From Gemmatimonadales bacterium (GTDB taxonomy: Bacteria; Gemmatimonadota; Gemmatimonadetes; Gemmatimonadales; Gemmatimonadaceae): 42,365 bases of DNA. The notes beneath the pieces are model-generated. The model ran no database searches and was not told where the DNA came from. It saw only the letters and a list, made by a program, of their open reading frames with translations. A program made the position numbers and the translations under genes. Position 1 is the first letter of the stretch, and each line of letters opens with the position of its first letter. Below, one piece after another: positions 16,773-25,602 of the stretch. The stretch is taken from NCBI GenBank assembly GCA_038249795.1, contig JBBSCZ010000001.1, forward strand, positions 1-42,365, written 5' to 3'.

Positions 16773-17824
16773 GCCCAGCTCTCGGCTTCGTTCGCCAGCT
16801 CGTCGAGCAGCTTGACGTACGTGTCGTATCGGACCGACGAGATGTCGTCGCGTGCGAGCGCCTCGCGCACCGCGCAGCCCGGCTCCACCACATGCACACA
16901 ATCAGCAAAGCGACACTCGCCGAGGTACGGCCGGAACTCGGGGAAGTAGCCGTCGAGATGTTCGGCGGTGAGTCCCCACATGCCGATCTCACGGAGTCCG
17001 GGCGTGTCCACCACGAAGCCGCCGTTCGGCAGCGGATGCAGCAGCGCGCCGACGGTGGTGTGCCGTCCCTTGTTGACGCTCTGACTGATTTCTGCCACGC
17101 GCAGATCGAGGCCGTGGAACATGGCGTTCATCAGGCTGCTCTTGCCCACGCCACTGGGTCCGCTGAGCGCGGTGGTACGCCCTTCGAGCACGGCGCGGAG
17201 TGTCTCGAGGCCGCGACCTGTTTCGGTGCTGGTGACATGCACCGGATACCCCGCCCGCTCATAATCGGCGAAGCGGAGACGGATGCTTTCGGGCGGCACC
17301 AGATCGGACTTGTTGATGACGATCCGGGCGGCGATGTCATTCGCCTCGGCGATGATCAGGAAGCGGTCGATCATGCGTGGATGCGGCTCGGGGTTGGCGG
17401 CCGCGAACACCAGCAGCACCTGATCCACATTGGCGGCGACGATGCGTTGCCCATGTCCACCACCCGGTGCGCGGCGCGCGAGCTGCGACCGGCGCGGCAT
17501 GATCTCGGCTATCGCCCAGCTGGCCCCCTCCTCGTCCTGCTCGATGCGCACCTCGTCGCCCACCGCCAGCTTGAGCGACGGCGCTTCCTGCTCGTCGTTG
17601 CGCTCATCACGCTTCTCAGCGCGCGATTTCACACTGGCGCGTGCCCGGCCGCCATCCTTCTCGGCACGGGCATGCTTGCCCTTCGCGTCGTCATGACGCT
17701 TGAGCCGACCGCGGAGTGCGGCTTCGATCACGTCGCCATTTGCGCGGCGCACGCGCCAGATACCGCCGGTTCCACCCAGGATGGTGCCCGCATTGCCGGT
17801 GTCGATTACGCCCGGCTCAGTCAT
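16769..17824 (-). CDS. rsgA: ribosome small-subunit-dependent GTPase A
   Basis: It shows the circularly permuted GTPase order NKSDL ... SGPSGVGKSSLMN ... DTPG. The C-terminal zinc knuckle is CRFADCVHVVEPGC. Start taken at ATG 17824. Confidence 0.85.
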   Translation of the reverse strand: MTEPGVIDTGNAGTILGGTGGIWRVRRANGDVIEAALRGRLKRHDDAKGKHARAEKDGGRARASVKSRAEKRDERNDEQEAPSLKLAVGDEVRIEQDEEGASWAIAEIMPRRSQLARRAPGGGHGQRIVAANVDQVLLVFAAANPEPHPRMIDRFLIIAEANDIAARIVINKSDLVPPESIRLRFADYERAGYPVHVTSTETGRGLETLRAVLEGRTTALSGPSGVGKSSLMNAMFHGLDLRVAEISQSVNKGRHTTVGALLHPLPNGGFVVDTPGLREIGMWGLTAEHLDGYFPEFRPYLGECRFADCVHVVEPGCAVREALARDDISSVRYDTYVKLLDELANEAESWA

Positions 17825-18242
17825 GCGAGGGCTTCGGCTGCGGCGCGTCGCCGTCCGTCTCATCGCGCATCACGTCGAACCACCGGCGCGACGGCTTCGG
17901 TGCCGTCTCGACGATGCGCGCCTCGAGCAGATCGCGCACCTGCAGCAGCGTGAAGGCACCGAGTGCGGCCCGCGCTCCGTCCGGCGTCGTGGCGCGGGTG
18001 AGATAGTCGGTCTCGAGATGGCCTTCGACACCCGATTCACCGAGCCGACGCCAGCGCAGAAACAGCAGGTAGGCAGCCCACAGCGTGCCGGCCTCGTTCA
18101 CCTGATCAACGGCCAATTCCACGGAATACGAGAAACTGTCGCTGCCCTCGAAGGCTGCCGGCCGACCATGCACCAGCGCATACCCACCGATGGTGTTTTC
18201 ATCGCCCAGGCTGTAGTCCGCCGGCAGGTGCTGCCCGCTCAC
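17817..18242 (-). CDS. hypothetical protein
   Basis: 141-aa ORF with a GTG start and an 8-nt overlap with rsgA. Composition looks coding, but I recognise no motif. Confidence 0.4.
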   Translation of the reverse strand: MSGQHLPADYSLGDENTIGGYALVHGRPAAFEGSDSFSYSVELAVDQVNEAGTLWAAYLLFLRWRRLGESGVEGHLETDYLTRATTPDGARAALGAFTLLQVRDLLEARIVETAPKPSRRWFDVMRDETDGDAPQPKPSHD

Positions 18243-18277
18243 CGGTTCACCATGCGCCGGCGCGGCTCACGACGGCA

Positions 18278-19219
18278 TCATGCAGAACGCCGCCCGCCGA
18301 TCATTTCCTTCATCACGTTGCCGGCCATGAACGCCATGTTGGCAGGGCGCTCGGCGAGACGGCGCATCAGGTACGGGTACCATTGCGTTCCGAATGGCAC
18401 GTAGCAGCGGATGCGGTAGCCGTCGCGCACCAGCCCTTCCTGCAGATCGCGGCGCACGCCGAACAACATCTGAAATTCGAAGCGATCGCTGGCGATGCCC
18501 TTCTCCTTCGCAAAGCGCTTGGCCTCGGCAATGATCACTTCGTCGTGCGTGGCAATGCCGGGATAGTTGCCGTGCTCCATCAGGTGATGCATGGCGCGTA
18601 CATAGCACTTGTCGACGTCTTCCTTCTCGGGATACGCCACCTCGGCCGGCTCCTTGTAGGCGCCTTTGCAGATGCGGACGCGGGCGCCGAGTTCGCTGGC
18701 ACGCCTGGCATCCGCCTCGGTGCGGTACAGATAGCTCTGGAGCACGATGCCGACGTTGGCGCGATAATCGGGATAGAAATGCTGCTCGAACAGGTCGAGC
18801 GTCTTCTGTGTGTAGGCGCTCGACTCCATGTCGAGACGGACGAAGCTGCCGTACTGCTTCGCGCGTTCGAGAATTTCGCGCGTGACCTTCACGCAGAGCT
18901 CGTCCGAGATGTCCATGCCCATGGCCGTGAGCTTGAGCGAGACGTTCGCATCGAGCTTCTCGCGGGCGATGAGATCGAGCAGCTGGAGATACTCACGTTG
19001 CGACGTGTAGGCCTCCTTCTCGTTCGTGGTGCTCTCTCCCAGCAGATCGAGCGACGCCGTGATGCCCTTGGCGTTGAGACTCCGCACCGCCTCGATCGCG
19101 CTGGTCACCGATTCGCCGGCCACGAAACGGGAGGCAAAAGACTTCGCAATGCCGTTATGACGAACGAAGTCGAAAATGCCCTGCTGATTGGACAGGTACA
19201 GGAGCGCGTTGCGCAGCAT
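18278..19219 (-). CDS. proline dehydrogenase
   Basis: ATG at 19219 gives MLRNALLYLS...FVAGE...ASLDLLGE...LKLTAMG...ICKGAY.E, typical of monofunctional PRODH. Confidence 0.85.
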   Translation of the reverse strand: MLRNALLYLSNQQGIFDFVRHNGIAKSFASRFVAGESVTSAIEAVRSLNAKGITASLDLLGESTTNEKEAYTSQREYLQLLDLIAREKLDANVSLKLTAMGMDISDELCVKVTREILERAKQYGSFVRLDMESSAYTQKTLDLFEQHFYPDYRANVGIVLQSYLYRTEADARRASELGARVRICKGAYKEPAEVAYPEKEDVDKCYVRAMHHLMEHGNYPGIATHDEVIIAEAKRFAKEKGIASDRFEFQMLFGVRRDLQEGLVRDGYRIRCYVPFGTQWYPYLMRRLAERPANMAFMAGNVMKEMIGGRRSA

Positions 19220-19309
19220 CAGAACGCTTGGAGACGAGTGACCGCGCCACCGCAGCCCGCGGGACGCCAAGCTGTAAATATAGCGTCAGACGCGTGAAAA
19301 TCCGGCGAT

Positions 19310-21067
19310 CTAGCGCGTCGCCGTACGCGTGAGCAGGCGGAGTACGGGATGGTATTTCCCCATCCGAAGGCGCTCGTCGAAGAGGTTCCAGGTGGTGGCG
19401 CCATCGTTGGACTGCGGTTCCAACAACTGCGCTGCCACCAGCAGCTGGCGCTGCGCGGCAGGGACCCATCGCCAGTCGGGTGAGGGCTTCATGCGCAGGG
19501 CCACCCAGTGTCCGAACAGGCGCACCTCGCGATGGCCCTGGAAGGCGCGCGGCGACCGCTGCACGGAGTCGAGGTAGAACCGTTCCACGCTGAGCGCGGC
19601 GGAGCCGGGCACGCGCGCGCGCACTTCGACACCATGACGGGCGAGGAGCGTGAGCAGGGCGGTGTCGGCGGCTTCGACCAGCCAGCCACCCGGCGGCACG
19701 GTCGTGACGCGGGTGGGATCGAACCGGTCGCGAACCGCCAGGCGCTGCGGCGCGATGCGCCCGGTGCGCCGGAGGCCGGGTGGCACACCGGGCTCCGCCA
19801 ACAGACTGTCGGGATCGGCCTCGAGCGCCTCGACCAGCACGTCATCCTGGCGCGGCGAGGTGGTGAGCTGCGTTTCCAGCACCAGGCCGCGTGCGGCGAT
19901 GCCGGAGGCCAGAGCACGGCGGGTGGCGGTGACGCGGGCGAGGATCGTCGGATCGGCACCAATGGTGCCGAGCAGCTCGCGAATGAAGGCGTCGGTACTG
20001 CGCACGCGCACGCCGAATGGATCGTGCGAGTAGGCCTCGCTGAGCACCGAGACGCCACCGGTGAGTCCGAAGTAGTTGGAGCCGAACCGCGGGCGCGAAT
20101 CGTAGGTGAACCAGCCCTCCTTCTTCGCGTCGAGTGTCACTTCGCGCGCATAGCTGTCGCTGAAGTTGCCGTACGCATACGTCTTCACCCCGCGTTGTTC
20201 GAGCCGGCGCCGGATGCCCGTGAGCAGCGTGTCGCCGGTGAAGGCGGCGAGCGGTGCACCGGGATGCAGCGACGGCGACCAGGTAAGGGAGTAGCCGTGG
20301 TAGCTGCCGTTGGTGGTGTGCAGGTCCACGAACACATCGACGCTGCCATTGGTGAGCATCGGCAGCATGGCGCGCGTTTCAGGCGCTTCGGCCTTGATAT
20401 AGTCGCGATTCAGGTCGAGACCAGCGCCGTTGGCACGCTCACCGATCACGGCCGGGCCAAGTTGCGCCGTGCGATTGCGGGACTGCGGACCGAGCGCCTC
20501 GTTACCATCGGCGTTGTACATCGGGATCACGATCAGCGTGAGGCTGTCGAGCAGATTCGGCTTCGCATCGGTGACGACGGTGCGCAGCAGCGCAAGCACC
20601 GCCTCTTTCCCTTCCACTTCGCCGGCGTGGATGTTGGCTTGCAGCAGCACCACAGGGCGGCGGCGTGGTGCGGCCATCAGCTGGTCGCAGTCGGCGGCGG
20701 TGCGGCTGCTGCGCGCGCAGACCGTCACGGCGATGAGCGGTCGTCCACGCGATGACACACCGAGGCGTGTGAGGCGCATGATCCGGTTCGGTGCGGCCTT
20801 GAGACGCACCGTGTCCAGAAAGGCCATCGCCTCCTCGTACGACGTGGTCTCGCAGAATCCGGTGCGTTCGGCGCGCGTCGCCGGTGACGGCATCGGTGAC
20901 GGCAGGTCGGGTGCGCAGCGCCAGGCCGGTGCGCGACGTGGCGCCGTGCGCACGGCCTCGCCTGCGATACGCTGTCGCTCGGACGCGTCATTGGAAACAG
21001 GCTGACGCGCGGTGGAGCACGCGGCAAGGGTCACGACCGCACTGAGCACCACACCGACAGTCTTCAC
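19310..21067 (-). CDS. M14 family zinc carboxypeptidase (lipoprotein)
   Basis: Motifs: NIHAGEVEGKEA (HxxE), NADGNE, GLDLNRDY, VDLHTTNG. A GTG at 21067 gives VKTVGVVLSAVVTLAAC, a lipobox. The start is uncertain. Confidence 0.75.
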   Translation of the reverse strand: MKTVGVVLSAVVTLAACSTARQPVSNDASERQRIAGEAVRTAPRRAPAWRCAPDLPSPMPSPATRAERTGFCETTSYEEAMAFLDTVRLKAAPNRIMRLTRLGVSSRGRPLIAVTVCARSSRTAADCDQLMAAPRRRPVVLLQANIHAGEVEGKEAVLALLRTVVTDAKPNLLDSLTLIVIPMYNADGNEALGPQSRNRTAQLGPAVIGERANGAGLDLNRDYIKAEAPETRAMLPMLTNGSVDVFVDLHTTNGSYHGYSLTWSPSLHPGAPLAAFTGDTLLTGIRRRLEQRGVKTYAYGNFSDSYAREVTLDAKKEGWFTYDSRPRFGSNYFGLTGGVSVLSEAYSHDPFGVRVRSTDAFIRELLGTIGADPTILARVTATRRALASGIAARGLVLETQLTTSPRQDDVLVEALEADPDSLLAEPGVPPGLRRTGRIAPQRLAVRDRFDPTRVTTVPPGGWLVEAADTALLTLLARHGVEVRARVPGSAALSVERFYLDSVQRSPRAFQGHREVRLFGHWVALRMKPSPDWRWVPAAQRQLLVAAQLLEPQSNDGATTWNLFDERLRMGKYHPVLRLLTRTATR

Positions 21068-21167
21068 AGGTTCTCGCGGAGGAAGCAGATAAGTGACTCG
21101 TACAGTTGCGGCTCGGTTTTTCCGCCGCCGCCCTCGCAGCTGCGATACATGACCGGCGAGCCTGCCG

Positions 21168-21578
21168 TCAGGGAGCGGGCCGCGCCGGCATGCGGCGGCC
21201 TTCACCTTCGAGACGGAAGACCGCGATCGGTGAGCGCCACGCCGTGGAATCACGGTCGCGGTACGCGGTGACGAACCATCGATAATTCTGCGACAGCGAG
21301 TATTCGAAGTTCGCCGGGATCACCACCTGGGTGTCGGTCGTGACCGCAGTGAAGATCGGGACTTCGATGGAGTCGGAGAGAACCACCTCGTACCGGGACG
21401 CTCCGGCGGCCGGGTGCCAGCTGATCAGGCGGTCACCTACCTTGACGTATCCCACGGGCGACGCGAGGGCGACGGTGAGTCCCTCCCTGCCGCGCACCAG
21501 GGTCGCAGCGGCATCGCTCGCCGGCTTGCAGGCGGCGAGCAGCGTGAGGAGCACGATCGTGAGCGGCAGACGGGGCAT
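21168..21578 (-). CDS. lipoprotein with a beta-rich 'ASRY' domain, paralogous to the anti-sigma ectodomain
   Basis: 136 aa with the lipobox LLTLLAAC. ISWHPAAGASRYEVVLSD...PIFTAVTTDT...YRWFVTAY aligns with residues of the 24874-25602 product. Confidence 0.55.
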   Translation of the reverse strand: MPRLPLTIVLLTLLAACKPASDAAATLVRGREGLTVALASPVGYVKVGDRLISWHPAAGASRYEVVLSDSIEVPIFTAVTTDTQVVIPANFEYSLSQNYRWFVTAYRDRDSTAWRSPIAVFRLEGEGRRMPARPAP

Positions 21579-21759
21579 CAGCGGCGACCAGGTTCTTGAA
21601 ACGTGAGCGTGGAGAATGAGCCAGTCCGACGACCGGACGCAGCATCATGATGGCAATCTGCAAGATACCGAATCGCGGCTGGTATCCGATGCCCGGCCCG
21701 GAGTCGCGCGCCTGCTCGGGAGGGGTGCCCGCCTGAACGCTCCATACATTATCAGGATC

Positions 21760-24570
21760 ATGCGATCCCTCCCCGGCATCCTGGCTGCGATGGTACTTCC
21801 CGTGACGATCGGTGCCCAGTCGGCGGCCGATGTGCGGGCACTCGACACGCTGCCGCCGCGCGCATTGCCGGTGCTGGCGCAGCGGGCCAACGCCACGAAT
21901 CGCGTGCCGATGCAGGAAGCGGCCTGGCGTCGCTGGGCGGTTGCGGCGCCGCAATCTCCGGCGCCGCGGCTCGCACTGGCAGCGTTGACCCGCACCGACC
22001 TCCGGTACGACGAGGGGCAGGCGTGGGTCGACAGCGCCGCGCGACTGGTCACCACGCCGCTGTGGCGTGCGGCCGTGGCGCGCGAGCGGATCGCAATGCG
22101 GATGGTGCGCGGCGAGTACACGGGAGTGGACTCGATGGTGCGCGCTCTCTCCTCCGACACTGCCGGCCTGCCGGCCAGCGAGCAGGCCGAGATGCTGTAT
22201 CTGCGCATGGCTCAGGCGCGACGCACGGCGCGGCCGGTGACGATGGCGACCATCGACACGATCGCCACGTTCACCGCGCCGGGTGATTCCGCGATGCGCG
22301 CGCGACTGCATTGTTTCCGCGCGATGACCGATCCACAGCGCGCCGAGATGCATGCTGATTCGTCCGTCGCCATCGCAATGGCCACCGGCATACCCATGAT
22401 TGCTGCCAGCTGCCAGTTGATGCTCGGTAGGATATTTATCGGCATCGGTGACATGCAGCGGGCAGCGCGCTGGCTGCAGCGCGCCGAGACGACCAGCCGC
22501 GCGGCGCACGACGACCCGACGCTCGCCCTCACGTTGCAGTGGCGCGGGAGTCTGGAACGGACGCTGGGCGATGTGCCGGACGCGCGGCGCTGGTACACCG
22601 AGTCGATCCGCGTGGCGCAGCGCAGCAACAACCGCAACGTCGAGGCGTGGTCGCTGCTGGGGCTGGCCACGACGGCTCGCGCGGTCGGCGACGCGAGCTC
22701 CGCCACCAGTGCCTTGAACCGGGCGGTGATGCTCTTCGAGGCGACCGGCGATGTCATCGGCGTGATGAATGCCCGACTCGAGCAGGCGCAGGCACAGATC
22801 CTGGTGCGTGATCTGGATGGAGCGGAGCAGCTGGCGCGAGCGCTGCGCACGCAGGCACAGGCGCGCGCGGACGACAGCGCCACGCTGCGCGCGATCTACC
22901 TGCTGGCCGACATCGCGATGCGACGCGGCCGGCTCGAGGAGTGCGCGACGCTGCTCGACGCGGCCGAGCCGCACATCGAGACGCTGGGTGCGGCGTGGCG
23001 TACACAGCTCATCGAGTATCGCGGCATGCTGGCGCAGCGGAATGGCGAGAGCGCCCGCGCCATCGCAACGCTCACCGATGTGCGGAAATTGTATTCGAGC
23101 AAGCAGGATCTGTATCTGCACAACATCGACGGTGCACTGGCGCTGGCATGGCTCGACGCGGGGGACACGGCGCGCTCCGCGACACTGCTGGATGAATCGA
23201 GTCGCCATCTGGACGCCGTGCGTGATACACTCGCCGTGGCAGGACTCCGAAAGGTGGTGGGTGCGCTCGACAACTGGGGTGGAACGAGCGGCAACATCGA
23301 TGAGGCGATGGCGGCATTCGTGACATCGCCGCGCTGGCTGCCGACGGTCTTCATGGTGACCGAGCGTTCCCGGGCCCGCGCACTGCTCTCCGGCGCGGTG
23401 GCGAACGAGGCCGACACGAGCTCGGTGGAAATCGGGGCGGCACGCCGGCGGGTGCGGGCGAGTTCGACGGTGCTGGCCGAGGTGCAGCGTGCCATGAAGC
23501 CGAATACGGCGATGCTGATCTACGCGGGCGGCCATGCGCGTGCGCGCACGTCGATGATGCTCGTGACGCGCACCACGGCGCGCGGCTTCACCCTCGCGCC
23601 GCTCGATTCACTGGACAGCGACATCGTGCGTTGGCTGGCATTGCTGGAGAGTGGTGAGTCTGGTGCCGGAGCCGGCCGTCGCGTGGCCAAGTCCGTACTC
23701 GGCAACGCGCTGCGCTCACTGCCGTCGAGCATACGCCGTCTCGTCATCGTACCACATGGCCCGCTGTACCGGGTGCCGTTTCAGGCATTGCCCATTGGCG
23801 CGGGGGTGCTCGGCGATCGCGTAGTGGTCACGATTTCGCCGTCGGTGTCGCTGGCGATGGCATATGCGGCCGATCCGCGCACCGCGCCAGCGCGGGTGCT
23901 GGCCTTGGGAGCCGGCGACACGCAGGTGCAGAGCGGCACGCCGCAATCGCTGGAACTGCTGGTGGAGCGCACGTCGCGCAGTGATCCACTGGCGCCGCTG
24001 CTGGCGGCCGGCGACGAGGCGCGTGCCGCAGCACGCTGGGCAGCCGGTTCGCTGGCACTGACGGGCGAACTCGCCTCCGAGTCTGCGCTGAAGCGCGAGG
24101 CGCGCAGCGCGTACACGGTACTGCATGCCGCAGCGCATGCCCTGACGAGCGATCAGGCGCTGGGCGCCAACTACCTCATCCTGCGGGCCGACGGGGTGGA
24201 CGACGGCTACGTCTCGGGTGGTGAACTGGCCACGCTCAGTCAGGGGATGTCGATGGTGGTGCTGTCGGGGTGCCGCACCACGGGCGACTTCGGCTCGCGC
24301 GGCGACGCCGTGGACGGCCTCGTGGCGCCGCTGCTCGCGCGCGGCGTGCGCACGGTCATCGCCAGCCACTGGGCGGTGAGCGATCGGTGGACGAGCGTGC
24401 TGATGGAACGCTTCTATCAGCGCCTCGCCGCCGGCGCCAGCACGGCCGACGCGATGAACGACGCACAGGCATCCTTGCGTCGTGCCGGTGTGCCGGCGCG
24501 CTTCTGGGCCGCGTTCAGCGTGATCGGCGACGGCTCCCTGTCGTTCACGCCGGCCGCTGTGCCCAGATAG
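21760..24570 (+). CDS. secreted TPR-repeat CHAT-domain (caspase-like) protease
   Basis: ATG at 21760 gives the signal peptide MRSLPGILAAMVLPVTIGAQS. About 600 aa of TPR-like helical repeats follow. The C-terminal CHAT domain has IVPHGPLYRVPFQAL, LHAAAHA (His) and VVLSGCRTTG (Cys). Confidence 0.85.
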   Translation: MRSLPGILAAMVLPVTIGAQSAADVRALDTLPPRALPVLAQRANATNRVPMQEAAWRRWAVAAPQSPAPRLALAALTRTDLRYDEGQAWVDSAARLVTTPLWRAAVARERIAMRMVRGEYTGVDSMVRALSSDTAGLPASEQAEMLYLRMAQARRTARPVTMATIDTIATFTAPGDSAMRARLHCFRAMTDPQRAEMHADSSVAIAMATGIPMIAASCQLMLGRIFIGIGDMQRAARWLQRAETTSRAAHDDPTLALTLQWRGSLERTLGDVPDARRWYTESIRVAQRSNNRNVEAWSLLGLATTARAVGDASSATSALNRAVMLFEATGDVIGVMNARLEQAQAQILVRDLDGAEQLARALRTQAQARADDSATLRAIYLLADIAMRRGRLEECATLLDAAEPHIETLGAAWRTQLIEYRGMLAQRNGESARAIATLTDVRKLYSSKQDLYLHNIDGALALAWLDAGDTARSATLLDESSRHLDAVRDTLAVAGLRKVVGALDNWGGTSGNIDEAMAAFVTSPRWLPTVFMVTERSRARALLSGAVANEADTSSVEIGAARRRVRASSTVLAEVQRAMKPNTAMLIYAGGHARARTSMMLVTRTTARGFTLAPLDSLDSDIVRWLALLESGESGAGAGRRVAKSVLGNALRSLPSSIRRLVIVPHGPLYRVPFQALPIGAGVLGDRVVVTISPSVSLAMAYAADPRTAPARVLALGAGDTQVQSGTPQSLELLVERTSRSDPLAPLLAAGDEARAAARWAAGSLALTGELASESALKREARSAYTVLHAAAHALTSDQALGANYLILRADGVDDGYVSGGELATLSQGMSMVVLSGCRTTGDFGSRGDAVDGLVAPLLARGVRTVIASHWAVSDRWTSVLMERFYQRLAAGASTADAMNDAQASLRRAGVPARFWAAFSVIGDGSLSFTPAAVPR

Positions 24571-24590
24571 CTGGACCGGGACTCCGGCGT

Positions 24591-24862
24591 GCTGCGAACT
24601 GCCACGGCGAACTGCAACTGCAACTGAAAAACTGCAACTGCAACACCCCTCACACGGAGCCGCGGATACACGGAGGGTTCTTGCATCAGGCAACCGTCGG
24701 TGCAAGGCAGAAGTCGAGAACGGCTTTGGGAACTGCGCTCGTGAAACGCTGTTCCCAAAGCATTTTGCAGTTTCTCCGTGCTTCCGCGGCTCCGTGTGAG
24801 GGGTGTTGCAGTTGCAGTTGCTGTTCGCAGTTGAGCAGTTGAGCAGTTGCAGTTGCTGTTCA
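24591..24862. repeat. long inverted-repeat element (37-bp perfect arms, 116-bp spacer, nested 11-bp hairpin)
   Basis: 24630-24666 is the exact reverse complement of 24783-24819. The outer flanks are imperfect (C/G)AACTG hexamer runs. The inner hairpin pairs 24723-24733 with 24751-24761. Confidence 0.85.
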
Positions 24863-24873
24863 CCGCCTGAGAG

Positions 24874-25602
24874 CTATCGGACGATGAGCTTCTCGACGCG
24901 GGAGCGGATCTCGGAGCCGTCGGGGGCGCGGGAGCGGACCCACCAGCGATAGACGCCGGAGCGGAGGGTGCCACGCGGGACGAGGGCAGAGGTGGCGTTG
25001 GTCTCGGTCGCAAAGACCGGATCGTCATTGGCGTCGAGGATCTCGACGCGATAGCGCGACGCCGTCTGGATCCCCTTCCAGGCCAGCGTGATCGGCGCGA
25101 CCGCGGAGGCCGGCGGCACGCTCAGCAGCTCGACGGCTGATCCCGCAGCGCGCACCTGGTCAGCAGCGGGGGGCAGCGTGAACACGTACCAGCTCGTACC
25201 CGCGACGAGAGTCAGCGAGGCGGCGAGCAGGACCGGCTTCAATATCGACTTGAGCCGTCGACGCCGGTCGGCGGTGGGGGTGGGCGCGAAGGCGAGTGAG
25301 ACCGCGCGCGGCAGCGGCGCGCCAGAGACATTCGAGGCAGCATCGGGGCTCGACGATCGGGCCGCGACGAGATGAGCGAGTGTGACGATGCCGTCCTGGC
25401 TGCCAAGCAGCTGCTCGATGACGGTGAGCTGGGCCTCATCGGCAGCCAGGTCCTCGATCAGCAGGTCGGTCGCCTCATCGCCGGGGAGCGGCTCGGGTGA
25501 CGACACACGACGCAATTCCTCGGCATGCGTGAACGCATCGCGGAGCGACGCGGGCACGGACCCGGGATCAAGCGGCAGCGGCTCATGTTCCGGACTGATC
25601 AT
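24874..25602 (-). CDS. putative anti-sigma factor (single-pass, periplasmic beta-rich domain)
   Basis: 242 aa with a 4-nt overlap with the ECF sigma gene. It has one TM helix (ILKPVLLAASLTLVAGTSWYVF) and no HxxxCxxC. The call rests on position and topology only. Confidence 0.5.
   Translation of the reverse strand: MISPEHEPLPLDPGSVPASLRDAFTHAEELRRVSSPEPLPGDEATDLLIEDLAADEAQLTVIEQLLGSQDGIVTLAHLVAARSSSPDAASNVSGAPLPRAVSLAFAPTPTADRRRRLKSILKPVLLAASLTLVAGTSWYVFTLPPAADQVRAAGSAVELLSVPPASAVAPITLAWKGIQTASRYRVEILDANDDPVFATETNATSALVPRGTLRSGVYRWWVRSRAPDGSEIRSRVEKLIVR

Noticed and set aside
16703-17953. A 416-aa plus-strand ORF across rsgA and the thioredoxin-like gene.
   Set aside because: It is antisense to the circularly permuted GTPase motifs of RsgA, and its composition is biased and motif-free.
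19508-20755. A 415-aa plus-strand ORF opposite the M14 peptidase. Likewise 14731-15822(-), 39986-41065(+) and 41043-41834(-).
   Set aside because: Each is antisense to a gene with strong family motifs (M14, PdxH/SDR, LOG, AlkP) and has no features of its own.
21433-23535. A 700-aa ORF on the minus strand opposite the CHAT gene. Also the 329-aa ORF at 23716-24705.
   Set aside because: The composition is Arg/His/Gly/Pro-rich and low-complexity, with no motifs. They are fully antisense to a gene with clear TPR and CHAT signatures. These are typical shadow ORFs of GC-rich DNA.
24596-24645. Runs of GAACTG/CAACTG hexamers, considered as a possible CRISPR or tandem-repeat array.
   Set aside because: The units are only 6 bp with no spacers. 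They form the outer, imperfect part of the inverted-repeat arms, and no cas genes are present.
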